The notes beneath the pieces are model-generated. The model saw only the letters and a list, made by a program, of their open reading frames with translations. It was not told the DNA's origin and ran no database searches. From the IMG/VR virus record IMGVR_UViG_3300021387_003827, positions 32,001-96,000 of that record: a DNA stretch of 64,000 nucleotides. One strand, written 5' to 3'. The translations under genes were made by a program, and so were the position numbers. This DNA comes from a virus (Duplodnaviria; Caudoviricetes). Numbering within the stretch: the stretch's first letter is position 1; the number at the start of each line of letters is the position of its first letter. Shown piece by piece: positions 1-8,814 of this stretch.

Positions 1-2
1 GT

Positions 3-416
3 GGAAAAGAGAAACTTAATGATAGATTAGAGGAGGGTCTTATCGAGTTTGGAGAAGATCATAAAATATATCAATTCTTCCCAGAGTGGTTTAGATTTAA
101 TCATAAGATTCTTGGGGACACTGGCTTAAAGAATAATAGGAATCTAAGGCCGGAATATAGAAATAAAGGGCGTCTAGACAGGTGGAAAAACTTTGATGAA
201 GATGCCATGAGAATTATATCTAAGGAGGTATTTAAGAGATTTGAAGTTGGAAGAATATATACAGGAAAATATATCAAAACAGAAATGCAGAAGATATATG
301 ACCTCCTTGAGATAGAAAAGATGGCAAAAATAAAAGATATCTTTGAATATTTCGATATATCAAAATTCAATCTTAGAGAATCAGAATATAGAATTGTAAC
401 AAGAAAAACATTATGA
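3..416 (+). CDS. 5'-truncated protein carrying the C-terminal domain shared with the helicase-like (37824) and T5orf172 (39839) proteins
   Basis: Frame 3 is open from the window start. ...FPEWFRFNHKILGDTGLK...FEVGRIYTGKYIKTEMQKIYD...AKIKDIFEYFDI aligns by eye with ...IPLIYKNYYLTLGPERIK...ISIGDRYSNQELKELLRSLYE...PKASDIEKWFEI. Confidence 0.6.
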   Translation, partial: GKEKLNDRLEEGLIEFGEDHKIYQFFPEWFRFNHKILGDTGLKNNRNLRPEYRNKGRLDRWKNFDEDAMRIISKEVFKRFEVGRIYTGKYIKTEMQKIYDLLEIEKMAKIKDIFEYFDISKFNLRESEYRIVTRKTL

Positions 417-1480
417 AAGAAGACAAAAATTTCTTGGGGGATCTCATTAATGCAATATCCCCGTCAGGTTATGAAAAACTTGGAACCGATGTATTTGATA
501 AGTGGGTGGGAGAAACTACCCGGGCCAGACACATTCTCCGCGACAGAAACTATAACTCATTATGGTCTTTGGGGAACGGAGACATAAAAGTTCTTCTCAC
601 CGCACATATAGATGAGATCTCAGGCATAGTCCAAAGCATTGACGAGTCTGGTTTAGTGTCGATTATAAATGTCGGTGGAATGGATAGAAAGGTAGTTTAT
701 GGAAGTAGTGTATGTATTCTAAAGGATGATGACTCCTCTATAAACGGATACGTATGTCATAAACCAATCCATCTCCAGGAAAACGAAGAATATGAAAAAT
801 CTGACAAATTCAAGGATCTGAAAATAGATCTTGGTTGTGAAAGTAGAGAGGAGGTTCTCGCTCTTGGTGTTCATCCTGGTCTCAAGGTGGTGAATAGAAG
901 AGATTACGACATGGACTTTGGAAATAACAGACTTCGTGGAAATGCTCTTGACGATAAGAGTTGCTGCTATATTCTTGGTCAGGTTGGAAAGAAGTTGTCA
1001 TCCTTAGACCCAGAGCTTCCGATATTCAAGAAATATACATTCATCTTTGGTGTAGTTGGGTGCGAAGAAACTGGACTTGAGAATGCTAGAATAGTCGCTC
1101 AAAATATAAATCCTGACATATCTATAGATCTCGATGTTACCTTTGGAGGAAAGAGAGATGGTCTATGTCCCGAGGAAGATGGAGAGGCGGAACTTGGAAA
1201 AGGCTGTGTTATAATGTATGGCCCGGATAAGAATCCTTCAGTAACCAAGATTCTTCGGAGAGTGGCTGAAGAAAAGAAGATCCCATATCAAGAACAAGCT
1301 TCCCGGGCCGGAGGTACTAACACAGCATCCTTTAAGAATTTCTCTCTAAATTGTGCTTCTGCTCTTATTTCTATCCCCGACGCTAATATGCATCAGGTAA
1401 ATGAGATTGAAGACTGGAGAGATATAGATTCTGCCATTTCTCTACTCTATGAAACCCTTATATGTGGATACTTGGAGTAA
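413..1480 (+). CDS. M42 family (M20/M28 clan) metallo-aminopeptidase
   Basis: SPSGYE N-terminus; metal and catalytic motifs AHIDEI, ALDDK, EETGL, DLDVT, NMH; GGMD dimerisation-domain motif; GGTN. Confidence 0.9.
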   Translation: MKEDKNFLGDLINAISPSGYEKLGTDVFDKWVGETTRARHILRDRNYNSLWSLGNGDIKVLLTAHIDEISGIVQSIDESGLVSIINVGGMDRKVVYGSSVCILKDDDSSINGYVCHKPIHLQENEEYEKSDKFKDLKIDLGCESREEVLALGVHPGLKVVNRRDYDMDFGNNRLRGNALDDKSCCYILGQVGKKLSSLDPELPIFKKYTFIFGVVGCEETGLENARIVAQNINPDISIDLDVTFGGKRDGLCPEEDGEAELGKGCVIMYGPDKNPSVTKILRRVAEEKKIPYQEQASRAGGTNTASFKNFSLNCASALISIPDANMHQVNEIEDWRDIDSAISLLYETLICGYLE

Positions 1481-1696
1481 ATGATAAGGGTTAGAATATA
1501 TAAATCACATCTTATCTGGAAAAGAAGAGGATGGTTTGGTAAGTGGAAAGATGTTAAAGTATATAAAGAGGGTTTAGATCCAGAATTATATATAGTCGAG
1601 AACACTAAAGAAATAGAAGAAAAGGTACGAAATATAATGACTTGGGAAGATCTTAATAGTTTCGTTGGACCAGAATATAATATCAAAAAGATATGA
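1481..1696 (+). CDS. hypothetical protein
   Basis: 71 aa ORF tightly packed between neighbours (TAAATG and ATGA-type junctions). Confidence 0.6.
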   Translation: MIRVRIYKSHLIWKRRGWFGKWKDVKVYKEGLDPELYIVENTKEIEEKVRNIMTWEDLNSFVGPEYNIKKI

Positions 1697-2268
1697 AGAA
1701 TTTTCAAATTACAGACAAAGAAACAGGAAAAGTATATTGGATTTCTAGAGCTATGGCAGTTGCTGGAGTCATTTATGCGAAAGATAACTCTGGAAACTTA
1801 CACTTCCTCGTTGAGAAGAGAGGACCAGGTTGCCCAGATTATGTTGGATATAATGCACTTTGTTGTGGCTACTTAGATTGGGATGAGACCTTGGAAGAGG
1901 CTATGATTCGTGAGGCTTGGGAAGAAATGGGATTGAAAATAGATCCCACCCGAGATTCTATAGTTCCATTCTTCATCCAAGATAATCCTAAAGATAACTC
2001 TAGACAAAACGTTACCGTCCGATTTATGATTGAAGTTCCCTATGATTATATCGTGGAGGGACTCAAGAATGGAAGTATTAACGGAGATACAAAATCTAGA
2101 GGAGGCGAAGAGGGCGAGATTGAAGAAATTAATCTTATCTCTTTGGATGATCTTAAAGAACATAAGTGGGCTTGGAATCACGATGAAGTAATTAGATCTG
2201 TATCTGACATTCTCAACGATAAAGGAGGCGAGAAAGTTTGGAAATTAAAAAAGAAAAGAGGGAATTAA
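1693..2268 (+). CDS. Nudix hydrolase
   Basis: Nudix box GYLDWDETLEEAMIREAWEEMG. Confidence 0.92.
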   Translation: MKNFQITDKETGKVYWISRAMAVAGVIYAKDNSGNLHFLVEKRGPGCPDYVGYNALCCGYLDWDETLEEAMIREAWEEMGLKIDPTRDSIVPFFIQDNPKDNSRQNVTVRFMIEVPYDYIVEGLKNGSINGDTKSRGGEEGEIEEINLISLDDLKEHKWAWNHDEVIRSVSDILNDKGGEKVWKLKKKRGN

Positions 2269-2280
2269 ACCCTCTTTTTA
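2254..2280. terminator. bidirectional intrinsic terminator between convergent genes
   Basis: aaaagaggg-aattaaa-ccctctttt stem-loop with A and T tails. Confidence 0.7.
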
Positions 2281-2282
2281 TT

Positions 2283-2642
2283 TTATATAATATCAATATC
2301 TTCCTGAAATACATAATCTACAAGATCTTCAACTGTCGAGAATAGGTGAGAAGGACTTACAGTGAACTCTTTTATACCATAAAGAATTTCACTATCTTTC
2401 TGAACAACTCTATATACTACAAGACTATTATAATCTCCAATCTCTTTTACAAATACTTTAATACATTTACAATCGACTATTGTAAAAAATGTTTTTCCTA
2501 GATACCTAGATTCTAATGTTTCTCGCTGATCCTTGAGCTTGAGAAATTTATTTACGAAATCAACATCTTTTTCACAATAGTCGCGGAAGTCCTTCTTATA
2601 GTCGTCCTCTAGTAGAGATTCTATCCATTCAAATTCATCCAT
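2283..2642 (-). CDS. hypothetical protein
   Basis: 119 aa ORF that fills the gap between + strand genes; the only convincing minus-strand gene in the window. Confidence 0.65.
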   Translation of the reverse strand: MDEFEWIESLLEDDYKKDFRDYCEKDVDFVNKFLKLKDQRETLESRYLGKTFFTIVDCKCIKVFVKEIGDYNSLVVYRVVQKDSEILYGIKEFTVSPSHLFSTVEDLVDYVFQEDIDII

Positions 2643-2675
2643 ATCAATTATAAGATCTTCAACCCTTATTAATGT

Positions 2676-3026
2676 ATGAATGAGGAGCTTATAATAGATT
2701 CACTTTTACAAGTAGACTCTTTTGATAAAGCCGCATCCCTCTTAAGCAAAAAGTGGTACCCTCGATATAATAGATTGAAGAGAAAGCCAGAGAAAGACCT
2801 CTTCATGGCCACTTCCGTCACTGTGACATCTATTGGTATTGGTACTAGTACAGGCTGGCCTACGCCTATTAGAATAGAACTCGTAGTTCTTGGTTTCAAA
2901 ATTATTATAGTTCCTAAAGGTACCACAGTACGTACGAGTGGAGGAGATACTATAGTTACCTGGAATGAATTTAATCTGAAAGGAGCAGTAGATTATATTT
3001 ATGAATATTCTGGTAGAAAAAATTAA
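2676..3026 (+). CDS. hypothetical protein
   Basis: 116 aa ORF with ATG start and AT-rich leader. Confidence 0.6.
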   Translation: MNEELIIDSLLQVDSFDKAASLLSKKWYPRYNRLKRKPEKDLFMATSVTVTSIGIGTSTGWPTPIRIELVVLGFKIIIVPKGTTVRTSGGDTIVTWNEFNLKGAVDYIYEYSGRKN

Positions 3027-3321
3027 GAAAATCGATAGACCGATTGACGTATCATTTTTCACTAATTCGGTAATGCCTATATTTGATGAAGCTCTATCCT
3101 TTTATCTTAGGGCTTCAGAATGTCCACGGATAAATCAAATGAAGAGATTTCCCAAAATGTATTATGGAATAGGTGTGTATCTTTTTGAAGAATGTATAGA
3201 GATCTCTGTATGGGATAATATGCATCTTATAGGAATAATTAAGGTATATCCCACCAAAGACCCTAAGCCTGATTCTCCAAAGTCTATATTCGAAGCCTTA
3301 GATATTATCTCAGATGGATAG
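3001..3321 (+). CDS. hypothetical protein
   Basis: 106 aa ORF overlapping the previous gene and followed by a terminator. Confidence 0.6.
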   Translation: MNILVEKIKKIDRPIDVSFFTNSVMPIFDEALSFYLRASECPRINQMKRFPKMYYGIGVYLFEECIEISVWDNMHLIGIIKVYPTKDPKPDSPKSIFEALDIISDG

Positions 3322-3344
3322 TAAGTGGACCAGGATCTCAAACT

Positions 3345-3372
3345 AAAAGAAGGAATTTAAGCCTTCTTTTTT
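3345..3372 (+). terminator. intrinsic terminator
   Basis: aaaagaagg-aatttaag-ccttctttttt. Confidence 0.7.
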
Positions 3373-3374
3373 AA

Positions 3375-3473
3375 TTTTTTGGTTATTTTTGTCATTTTTT
3401 GCCATTTTTTAACGATTTTGAACGAAAAACACCCAATTTTAAAAGGAAATTTAATAGTTTTCCTTAATATATG
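3375..3473 (+). promoter_or_regulatory. conserved ~97 bp intergenic element, copy 1 (upstream of portal)
   Basis: Blocks ttttttggttatttttg, gaaaaacacccaatttt and aaatttaatagt-n-ttcctta recur with identical spacing at 37657-37755. Confidence 0.7.
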
Positions 3474-3499
3474 AAATAATACTTTAATTTTGATATAGT

Positions 3500-5203
3500 A
3501 TGAAAAGAAACGAGAACCTGATACAAAAAATCTTCGGAGCTACATCCGTCGGAAAAGGTGGAATGCCTCTTCGCTCCAATATATATGGAACAAGAGGATA
3601 TACCCCTATCGGACAGACTGGCTCTAGAATTTTTGATAATGAAAGAAACTCTCCGCTACTTGGAAACTATGCTGCCTCTAATACCTTAAGTGGATATTAC
3701 GAGAAGCTTAGTGAACTTAGGGGATATCAACTATTAGATATCTCAAAATTAGCGGTAAACTTCTTCTCTGACTATATCATAAACTTTCTTGCAGATGATT
3801 CAAACGGCTATCAGATTGCTTCTATCCTTAATGATGAGGGTGAAATAGATGAAGTCGTTTCCGAAAGAATTAATGATATTCTGTCCAAAGATATTCGTAT
3901 TTTTGACTATATCAAGGATCATATTCAAGATTATGTATTCTATGGAGACTATTATTCCATGCTTCTTGCCTCTAAAGACGATGAAGGACATACAAAGTTT
4001 AGAGTCGAAGAACTTTATGACCCAATTGCAGTAGTCGTTAAGAAAAAGAGGGGCAAAGATGGTGAGATGGATGAGGTGTTTCTAGCCAAAGGAGATGACG
4101 GTAGTGTATATGAGATTCCAAAAGAAGAAGTTATATACTTAGCCACCAATAATTTGAGATTAAAGAATGATATCTCGGGGAATTGGAAAGAAACCGCAAA
4201 ACCTAAATCTATAAAAGATCAGAAAAATCGCGAAAAAGTTCTCCTTAAAGAATCATTTTCTGCATCTGAACCACTATTTTACTCTCTAATCCTGAAAGTA
4301 AAGGAGCTCGTAGTAAAGGAGCTTCTTGTTTCTCTTATTAGTCTTAGAGATTTGTCTTCGGTTCAGATATTCCTTCTTCAATTTGATAAGTCCGTTCCCC
4401 TTGAAACTGCAGAAGAATTGTGTTCAAAGACTACAAAATTAGCTAATGCAACTAATGAAGTAGCCTCTTTCCTTACTTCTCAGTTTGATGTTGTGAGCTT
4501 TATTGAGAATACTTTGGTTCAGTCCGCTAAATTTGTTCCAGATTATAATTCGACAATTGGCGGAAAAAACGCTATGGTCCCTCTTGATAAGCTCTCTGAT
4601 AAGCTCTTAGACATTATGCAATCTATAGATACTTGTAGGAATAACGTCTTAGGGCCTCTTGGATTACCTTCTACCATTGTCGATTCTACGTCTGGCTCAA
4701 AGTGGCAAGTTCTCCAACAGTCTGAACGGGCTAATTCAAGAGTAGCATTCTTTATGGCTGGTATTAAGGACTCTGTCACTAGTCTTGTATGTAATATCTA
4801 TAAGATTATTTATGGAGAAGAATTAAATCCAAGTTGTGTAAAACTTCATATTGCAGAAAAAACGTCCGTCGAGTATAATAATCAAATTAACCAGTCTGAG
4901 TCTATAAATGGCCTCTTAAACGGTCTTACTCAGGTTATAAGTAATGCTCTCCAGACGTTAGAACAGGCTTCACCGCTGATTGATGCTAGGGCTTATCTTT
5001 CGTATATTCATAACTTACTTAAAGATATAGACCCCAACACCGAATCAATCATAACTAAGGATACAATGAATACTTATCTTAAGACCTTAGTCGCGAAGCT
5101 TAGAAATCAATATGAACAGCTAGGAATGAATCCAGAGGATATAATGTCTCTATTCCCAGATCCAGAGGAAGAAGAACAATCATCTAAACTAGAAAAATTA
5201 TGA
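3500..5203 (+). CDS. portal protein (T4 gp20-like)
   Basis: 567 aa, first gene of the head module ahead of protease, scaffold and MCP; DYVFYGDYY resembles the gp20 W/Y-V-D-G segment; helical C-terminal half. Confidence 0.65.
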   Translation: MKRNENLIQKIFGATSVGKGGMPLRSNIYGTRGYTPIGQTGSRIFDNERNSPLLGNYAASNTLSGYYEKLSELRGYQLLDISKLAVNFFSDYIINFLADDSNGYQIASILNDEGEIDEVVSERINDILSKDIRIFDYIKDHIQDYVFYGDYYSMLLASKDDEGHTKFRVEELYDPIAVVVKKKRGKDGEMDEVFLAKGDDGSVYEIPKEEVIYLATNNLRLKNDISGNWKETAKPKSIKDQKNREKVLLKESFSASEPLFYSLILKVKELVVKELLVSLISLRDLSSVQIFLLQFDKSVPLETAEELCSKTTKLANATNEVASFLTSQFDVVSFIENTLVQSAKFVPDYNSTIGGKNAMVPLDKLSDKLLDIMQSIDTCRNNVLGPLGLPSTIVDSTSGSKWQVLQQSERANSRVAFFMAGIKDSVTSLVCNIYKIIYGEELNPSCVKLHIAEKTSVEYNNQINQSESINGLLNGLTQVISNALQTLEQASPLIDARAYLSYIHNLLKDIDPNTESIITKDTMNTYLKTLVAKLRNQYEQLGMNPEDIMSLFPDPEEEEQSSKLEKL

Positions 5204-5499
5204 TTATACTAAGAGATAAATCATTCTCCGATAAGAAAGAAGATATCGGAAGAAAAGCCAGGAATACTGGTATTATAGCGGCTGGAACTGGTGCTGGGAT
5301 GTATGCACTTGGGAAACTTGGCGAGAAGGTAGGCAGAGGAAAAAGTAAGTATGCCGAAAGTCTAGCCAAGAAAGGACCTAAAGCTAAAACTGCCGGACTA
5401 ATTCTTGCTGGTTCTGGAGCTGTTCTTAGTGCCGCCGGTGAAATAAAACGTAGGAGAGATAAGAAAAAGAGCCATGATAATTCTAAGAAAGAAGACTAA
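5200..5499 (+). CDS. small basic Gly/Ala-rich membrane-type protein with KxFS leader (putative internal head/ejection protein)
   Basis: MIILRDKSFS leader; two hydrophobic Gly/Ala segments flanked by Lys/Arg. Confidence 0.6.
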   Translation: MIILRDKSFSDKKEDIGRKARNTGIIAAGTGAGMYALGKLGEKVGRGKSKYAESLAKKGPKAKTAGLILAGSGAVLSAAGEIKRRRDKKKSHDNSKKED

Positions 5500-5800
5500 G
5501 TCATTTTCTTTCGAGGAACAGGAGCAGATTACATCAAGGGAGCTTCAAATAGAGCAACTGAGGATGCAAAGGCAAATTCTGGAGACTCAAAAGCTCAAGG
5601 AAAAACTTAGGGCACAAGAGTCACAGCAGCGCTTAAAACAGCTCTCCCAGGCTCAAAAAGTTGAACAGAAGAGAGATATGGAGGAAGACAAAAATCAGAT
5701 TAAGGTCAGAAGGATCGAAGATGAAAATAATTCCCCCAAGAATGTAAGTCTCTATAAAACAAGATCTAAAGTAATCACTCCTATTCCGATGAGAGGATAA
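5474..5800 (+). CDS. coiled-coil protein with KxFS leader (putative head protein)
   Basis: MIILRKKTKSFS leader; Q/E/K/R heptad-rich body. Confidence 0.6.
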   Translation: MIILRKKTKSFSFEEQEQITSRELQIEQLRMQRQILETQKLKEKLRAQESQQRLKQLSQAQKVEQKRDMEEDKNQIKVRRIEDENNSPKNVSLYKTRSKVITPIPMRG

Positions 5801-5804
5801 TATT

Positions 5805-5939
5805 ATGAATGAAGAATTAAAAGAAAAGACGTTCGTGGAAGGATGTGAGAATGCTCCTAGCGAACTTTCTGAAAAGACATATAATCCATTACATAGTAGC
5901 GATGAAGAACTTTTTACGAAAAATTTTCTCCTGGGTTAG
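5805..5939 (+). CDS. 44 aa small ORF not in the ORF track
   Basis: MNEELKEKTFVEGCENAPSELSEKTYNPLHSSDEELFTKNFLLG*; starts 4 nt after the previous stop. Confidence 0.4.
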   Translation: MNEELKEKTFVEGCENAPSELSEKTYNPLHSSDEELFTKNFLLG

Positions 5940-6198
5940 AAGTCAGACATGGATTCCAGAGTGGTTAAGAGAGTCTAATCGAGAGAAGCACTTAGTTCTC
6001 GGAATTCCTTGTGGGTTCCTATCATTAATCTTTACCTTAGGCTGTGCATGTGGTCTTGAGACTAAAGACGTACAATATAATAATTGGGACTTTAAAGCTT
6101 GGGACTGGAAAGATTTTGGTGCTACAATGATTGGCGGCTTTATTGGCTTCCTCATTCGCTCTATTATCATACTTGTAATACTTTTAATCGTACATTAA
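5902..6198 (+). CDS. small integral membrane protein (likely start ATG 5902)
   Basis: MKNFLRKIFS...; two hydrophobic segments around a WDWKDFGAT motif. Confidence 0.6.
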   Translation: MKNFLRKIFSWVRSQTWIPEWLRESNREKHLVLGIPCGFLSLIFTLGCACGLETKDVQYNNWDFKAWDWKDFGATMIGGFIGFLIRSIIILVILLIVH

Positions 6199-6201
6199 TA
6201 T

Positions 6202-6873
6202 ATGGAAAGCAATCCCTTTGGCTCTGATGATTTAAGAAATAAAATCCTTGCCAAAGAAGGAAGGCTGGATATAGATAGTCAGAGTCAAGATAACGACGAT
6301 CTTATGGGGATTATATCTTCTGCCCCGGTTATTCCGAATAGCGCAAAGAATGTAATCCTGGACTCAAAAGCAATGGCCATAGCAAACCGGAAAGAAAAAG
6401 AAGGTGAAATTGCTGTGGCTATAACAGATATGCTTACGGACCTCAATGAACAGTATGACCTAGATTTGGATGGAATTAATATAAATAATTTCACACAAAC
6501 TCTAGCTAATGTCATTGATCCTAAGAAACGTGAGATACTTGAACTCTATGTCTCTGAAATAAGTAAATCTATAAAACCCGTCCTCTACTTGCATATTCTC
6601 CAAAGACTTATGTTAGTTATGGATAATGTTCTTAGTCCGGAAGTTCTGTTCTCAAATGAATTCTCAGCCCCTGACAAGGTTCTACTTCTTGAAAAGATTG
6701 TAGCTATGGCTGGAGAATTATCAGACGCCCTGGAAGAAATGAAAGTGGAGAATTCTGATGCCGTTCTTAAGAAGATAGCAGAAACAAAGAACGATGAGAA
6801 CTTAGAATCACCCGAGTCTAAGAAGATAATAGAGGAATTTATGTCAATGTTTAAAAAAGATAAAGGACTATGA
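6202..6873 (+). CDS. hypothetical helical protein in the head module
   Basis: 223 aa ORF coupled to its neighbours; no recognisable motif. Confidence 0.7.
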   Translation: MESNPFGSDDLRNKILAKEGRLDIDSQSQDNDDLMGIISSAPVIPNSAKNVILDSKAMAIANRKEKEGEIAVAITDMLTDLNEQYDLDLDGININNFTQTLANVIDPKKREILELYVSEISKSIKPVLYLHILQRLMLVMDNVLSPEVLFSNEFSAPDKVLLLEKIVAMAGELSDALEEMKVENSDAVLKKIAETKNDENLESPESKKIIEEFMSMFKKDKGL

Positions 6874-7283
6874 TTGTATATAGAAGTAAACTATTTACAG
6901 ATATAAACGAAGACATAGTAACGAGATATCTTGGTGTTCTGGGAGGTTTTATCTTTAAGGCCAAATCTTTACATTGGGCAGCCTCTGGAAAAGATATACA
7001 TGAATATCTTGATGATTTCTGGGAGATTATTTATAATTTCCAAGACACCGTAGCTGAGTGTTGGATGGGAATAAATGGCCAGCTTGGTCCGGATGATGTG
7101 ACCTTTGTTGCCGCCGAATCCCAAAACCCAAAGGATTTCATTAAAGAAGTTGAAGATAAGACCACTGATTTTTATGAACTTCTTCCACAAGATGACCCTC
7201 GATTTAAGGGACTTATCAGCGAAGTGGAGAATTTCATGCACGAGATAGAAAAATATAAGTATCTCTTTGGTCTTTGTATGTAA
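6870..7283 (+). CDS. Dps/ferritin-like four-helix-bundle protein with KxFT leader
   Basis: LHW...IHEYLDDFWE...QDTVAE matches the Dps HW-x-H-x-D/E ferroxidase pattern; MIVYRSKLFT leader. Confidence 0.75.
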   Translation: MIVYRSKLFTDINEDIVTRYLGVLGGFIFKAKSLHWAASGKDIHEYLDDFWEIIYNFQDTVAECWMGINGQLGPDDVTFVAAESQNPKDFIKEVEDKTTDFYELLPQDDPRFKGLISEVENFMHEIEKYKYLFGLCM

Positions 7284-7318
7284 AATAAAATAATGTCGGG
7301 AAACGTTATTTTTGGTAC

Positions 7319-7393
7319 AGTGCATTAGTTCAGCCAGGTTAGAATGCCACACTGTCACTGTGGATGTCACGGGTCCGAATCCCGTATGCACTG
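7319..7393 (+). tRNA. trnD: tRNA-Asp(GUC)
   Basis: Cloverleaf: acceptor AGTGCAT/ATGCACT, D stem GTTC/GAAT, anticodon stem CCACA/TGTGG with loop CT-GTC-AC, T stem ACGGG/CCCGT, discriminator G; CCA not encoded. Confidence 0.92.
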
Positions 7394-7453
7394 CTAAGAG
7401 TGTATGTGGGAGGCCCCGATGCGCCCACCTGCACTATAAAAAAAAAGATTCTT

Positions 7454-7483
7454 CCCTCTATATAGGGGAGTTTATATAGAGGG
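7454..7483. promoter_or_regulatory. 11 bp inverted repeat upstream of the protease gene (terminator or processing hairpin)
   Basis: ccctctatata-ggggagtt-tatatagaggg followed by atttt. Confidence 0.55.
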
Positions 7484-7518
7484 ATTTTCCCTGAAAGTAA
7501 TAATTCATTATACGAAAC

Positions 7519-8814
7519 ATGCGTTGTAAGGTAAAATTATTTAGCACCAATCCGACTGAATTAGCAGCGGATGGTAGTCATGTGCCTGCTTCGTCATTCC
7601 TTGAATATAGAAATAGTGATAATTACAAGAAGATGATTGCATCTAAGACTGGATGGGTTTCTGCCACTCATAGAGGTAGAGCTCTGTCTAATGCAACTAA
7701 TTCTGGACCAACTATCGCTAAATCTGTAGGCAGAAATGATATGAGCCTGCTTATGACTGAACATGGAGCTGAGCCTATATTTTATATTACGAGCTTAGAT
7801 CTAGAGAATGATGGGTGGGTATATGCATGGATAGAGTCCTTCCCACCCGAAAATATGGACGACAATGCTCTCCAAACTTATAAGAGATTAAAATATCTTA
7901 TAATGGCTGGGTGTCTTATCTCTACCAGTATGGTATGTCTTGCCTTCTGGTCTGAGGAACCCGGGTCAAAGAAGTCCATAGCTAAGAAGATTGTATCCAT
8001 TTCCGGACTTGATTTTACCACCGGTCCTTCTTGGGCTGATAGTGGTATTGTAGAATCCTATGATGATTCTGGAAATCTTATATCAAGCCTCAGTGAACAA
8101 CTTACCACGAAGAAATTTTCGGATATTCAACTAGATGATATCAAATTCGAGGAAGTAAAAGTTAAGATGTTCTCTGATGTTTCTGATATTCCTGGTGCCG
8201 CCGGTCTTCCTAAGTCTTCAAAGATTGATGGATCTTTCACTAGACTGGGAGCTAAGTCCTTCTCATACACTGGGACTTGTGGTGGTATCTGTGAGGTTGC
8301 AGAAGATGAGGAGGATAAAACATTCTCTGAACCAGAACAGAAGGAATTCACTCAGGCTCAAGTTAGAGAAAGACTTAGAGAGGCTAAAATGGGTGGTCCG
8401 AGAATGGAAATGAGACGTACAATTCTTTCCTATAAACAGCTTCTGAAACAAATGGGTGGAGTTGATAAGATGAATCCTGAGGATGTAAAAATTCTCAAAT
8501 CTCTCCTTACCTCCGATCTTCTCCGTATTGTGGGAAGTGTTTCAGATCAAATTGCAAGTGGAAAGAATATTAATACTCTCCTTGGTCTTAGCTCTTTAGG
8601 ATCTACGTTTAGGAAATATGGCCAAGCTCTTATGATGCCAATGAAACTCGGTATAAACGAGCTTAAGAGAAATGGATTTGTTACCAAAGCAAGATATCAG
8701 AAGCTTCAGGCTGCATATACTGATTTTGTTAATGCGGTAGTAGAAGATATTTTTGGTCCAAATCCTAGCCCAGTCATTAATGAAGACGAGAATCTAGAAG
8801 AAAATGAAGAATAA
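7519..8814 (+). CDS. prohead maturation protease (T4 gp21/HK97-type fold) with C-terminal extension
   Basis: Position before scaffold and MCP; candidate His (THRGR) and Ser (ISTSM); GLDFTTGPSW resembles the gp21 D-x-x-x-G-P-S segment. Confidence 0.75.
   Translation: MRCKVKLFSTNPTELAADGSHVPASSFLEYRNSDNYKKMIASKTGWVSATHRGRALSNATNSGPTIAKSVGRNDMSLLMTEHGAEPIFYITSLDLENDGWVYAWIESFPPENMDDNALQTYKRLKYLIMAGCLISTSMVCLAFWSEEPGSKKSIAKKIVSISGLDFTTGPSWADSGIVESYDDSGNLISSLSEQLTTKKFSDIQLDDIKFEEVKVKMFSDVSDIPGAAGLPKSSKIDGSFTRLGAKSFSYTGTCGGICEVAEDEEDKTFSEPEQKEFTQAQVRERLREAKMGGPRMEMRRTILSYKQLLKQMGGVDKMNPEDVKILKSLLTSDLLRIVGSVSDQIASGKNINTLLGLSSLGSTFRKYGQALMMPMKLGINELKRNGFVTKARYQKLQAAYTDFVNAVVEDIFGPNPSPVINEDENLEENEE

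Noticed and set aside
6202-6873. Terminase small subunit call
   Set aside because: Only position and helical character support it; there is no recognisable motif and no large terminase in the window.
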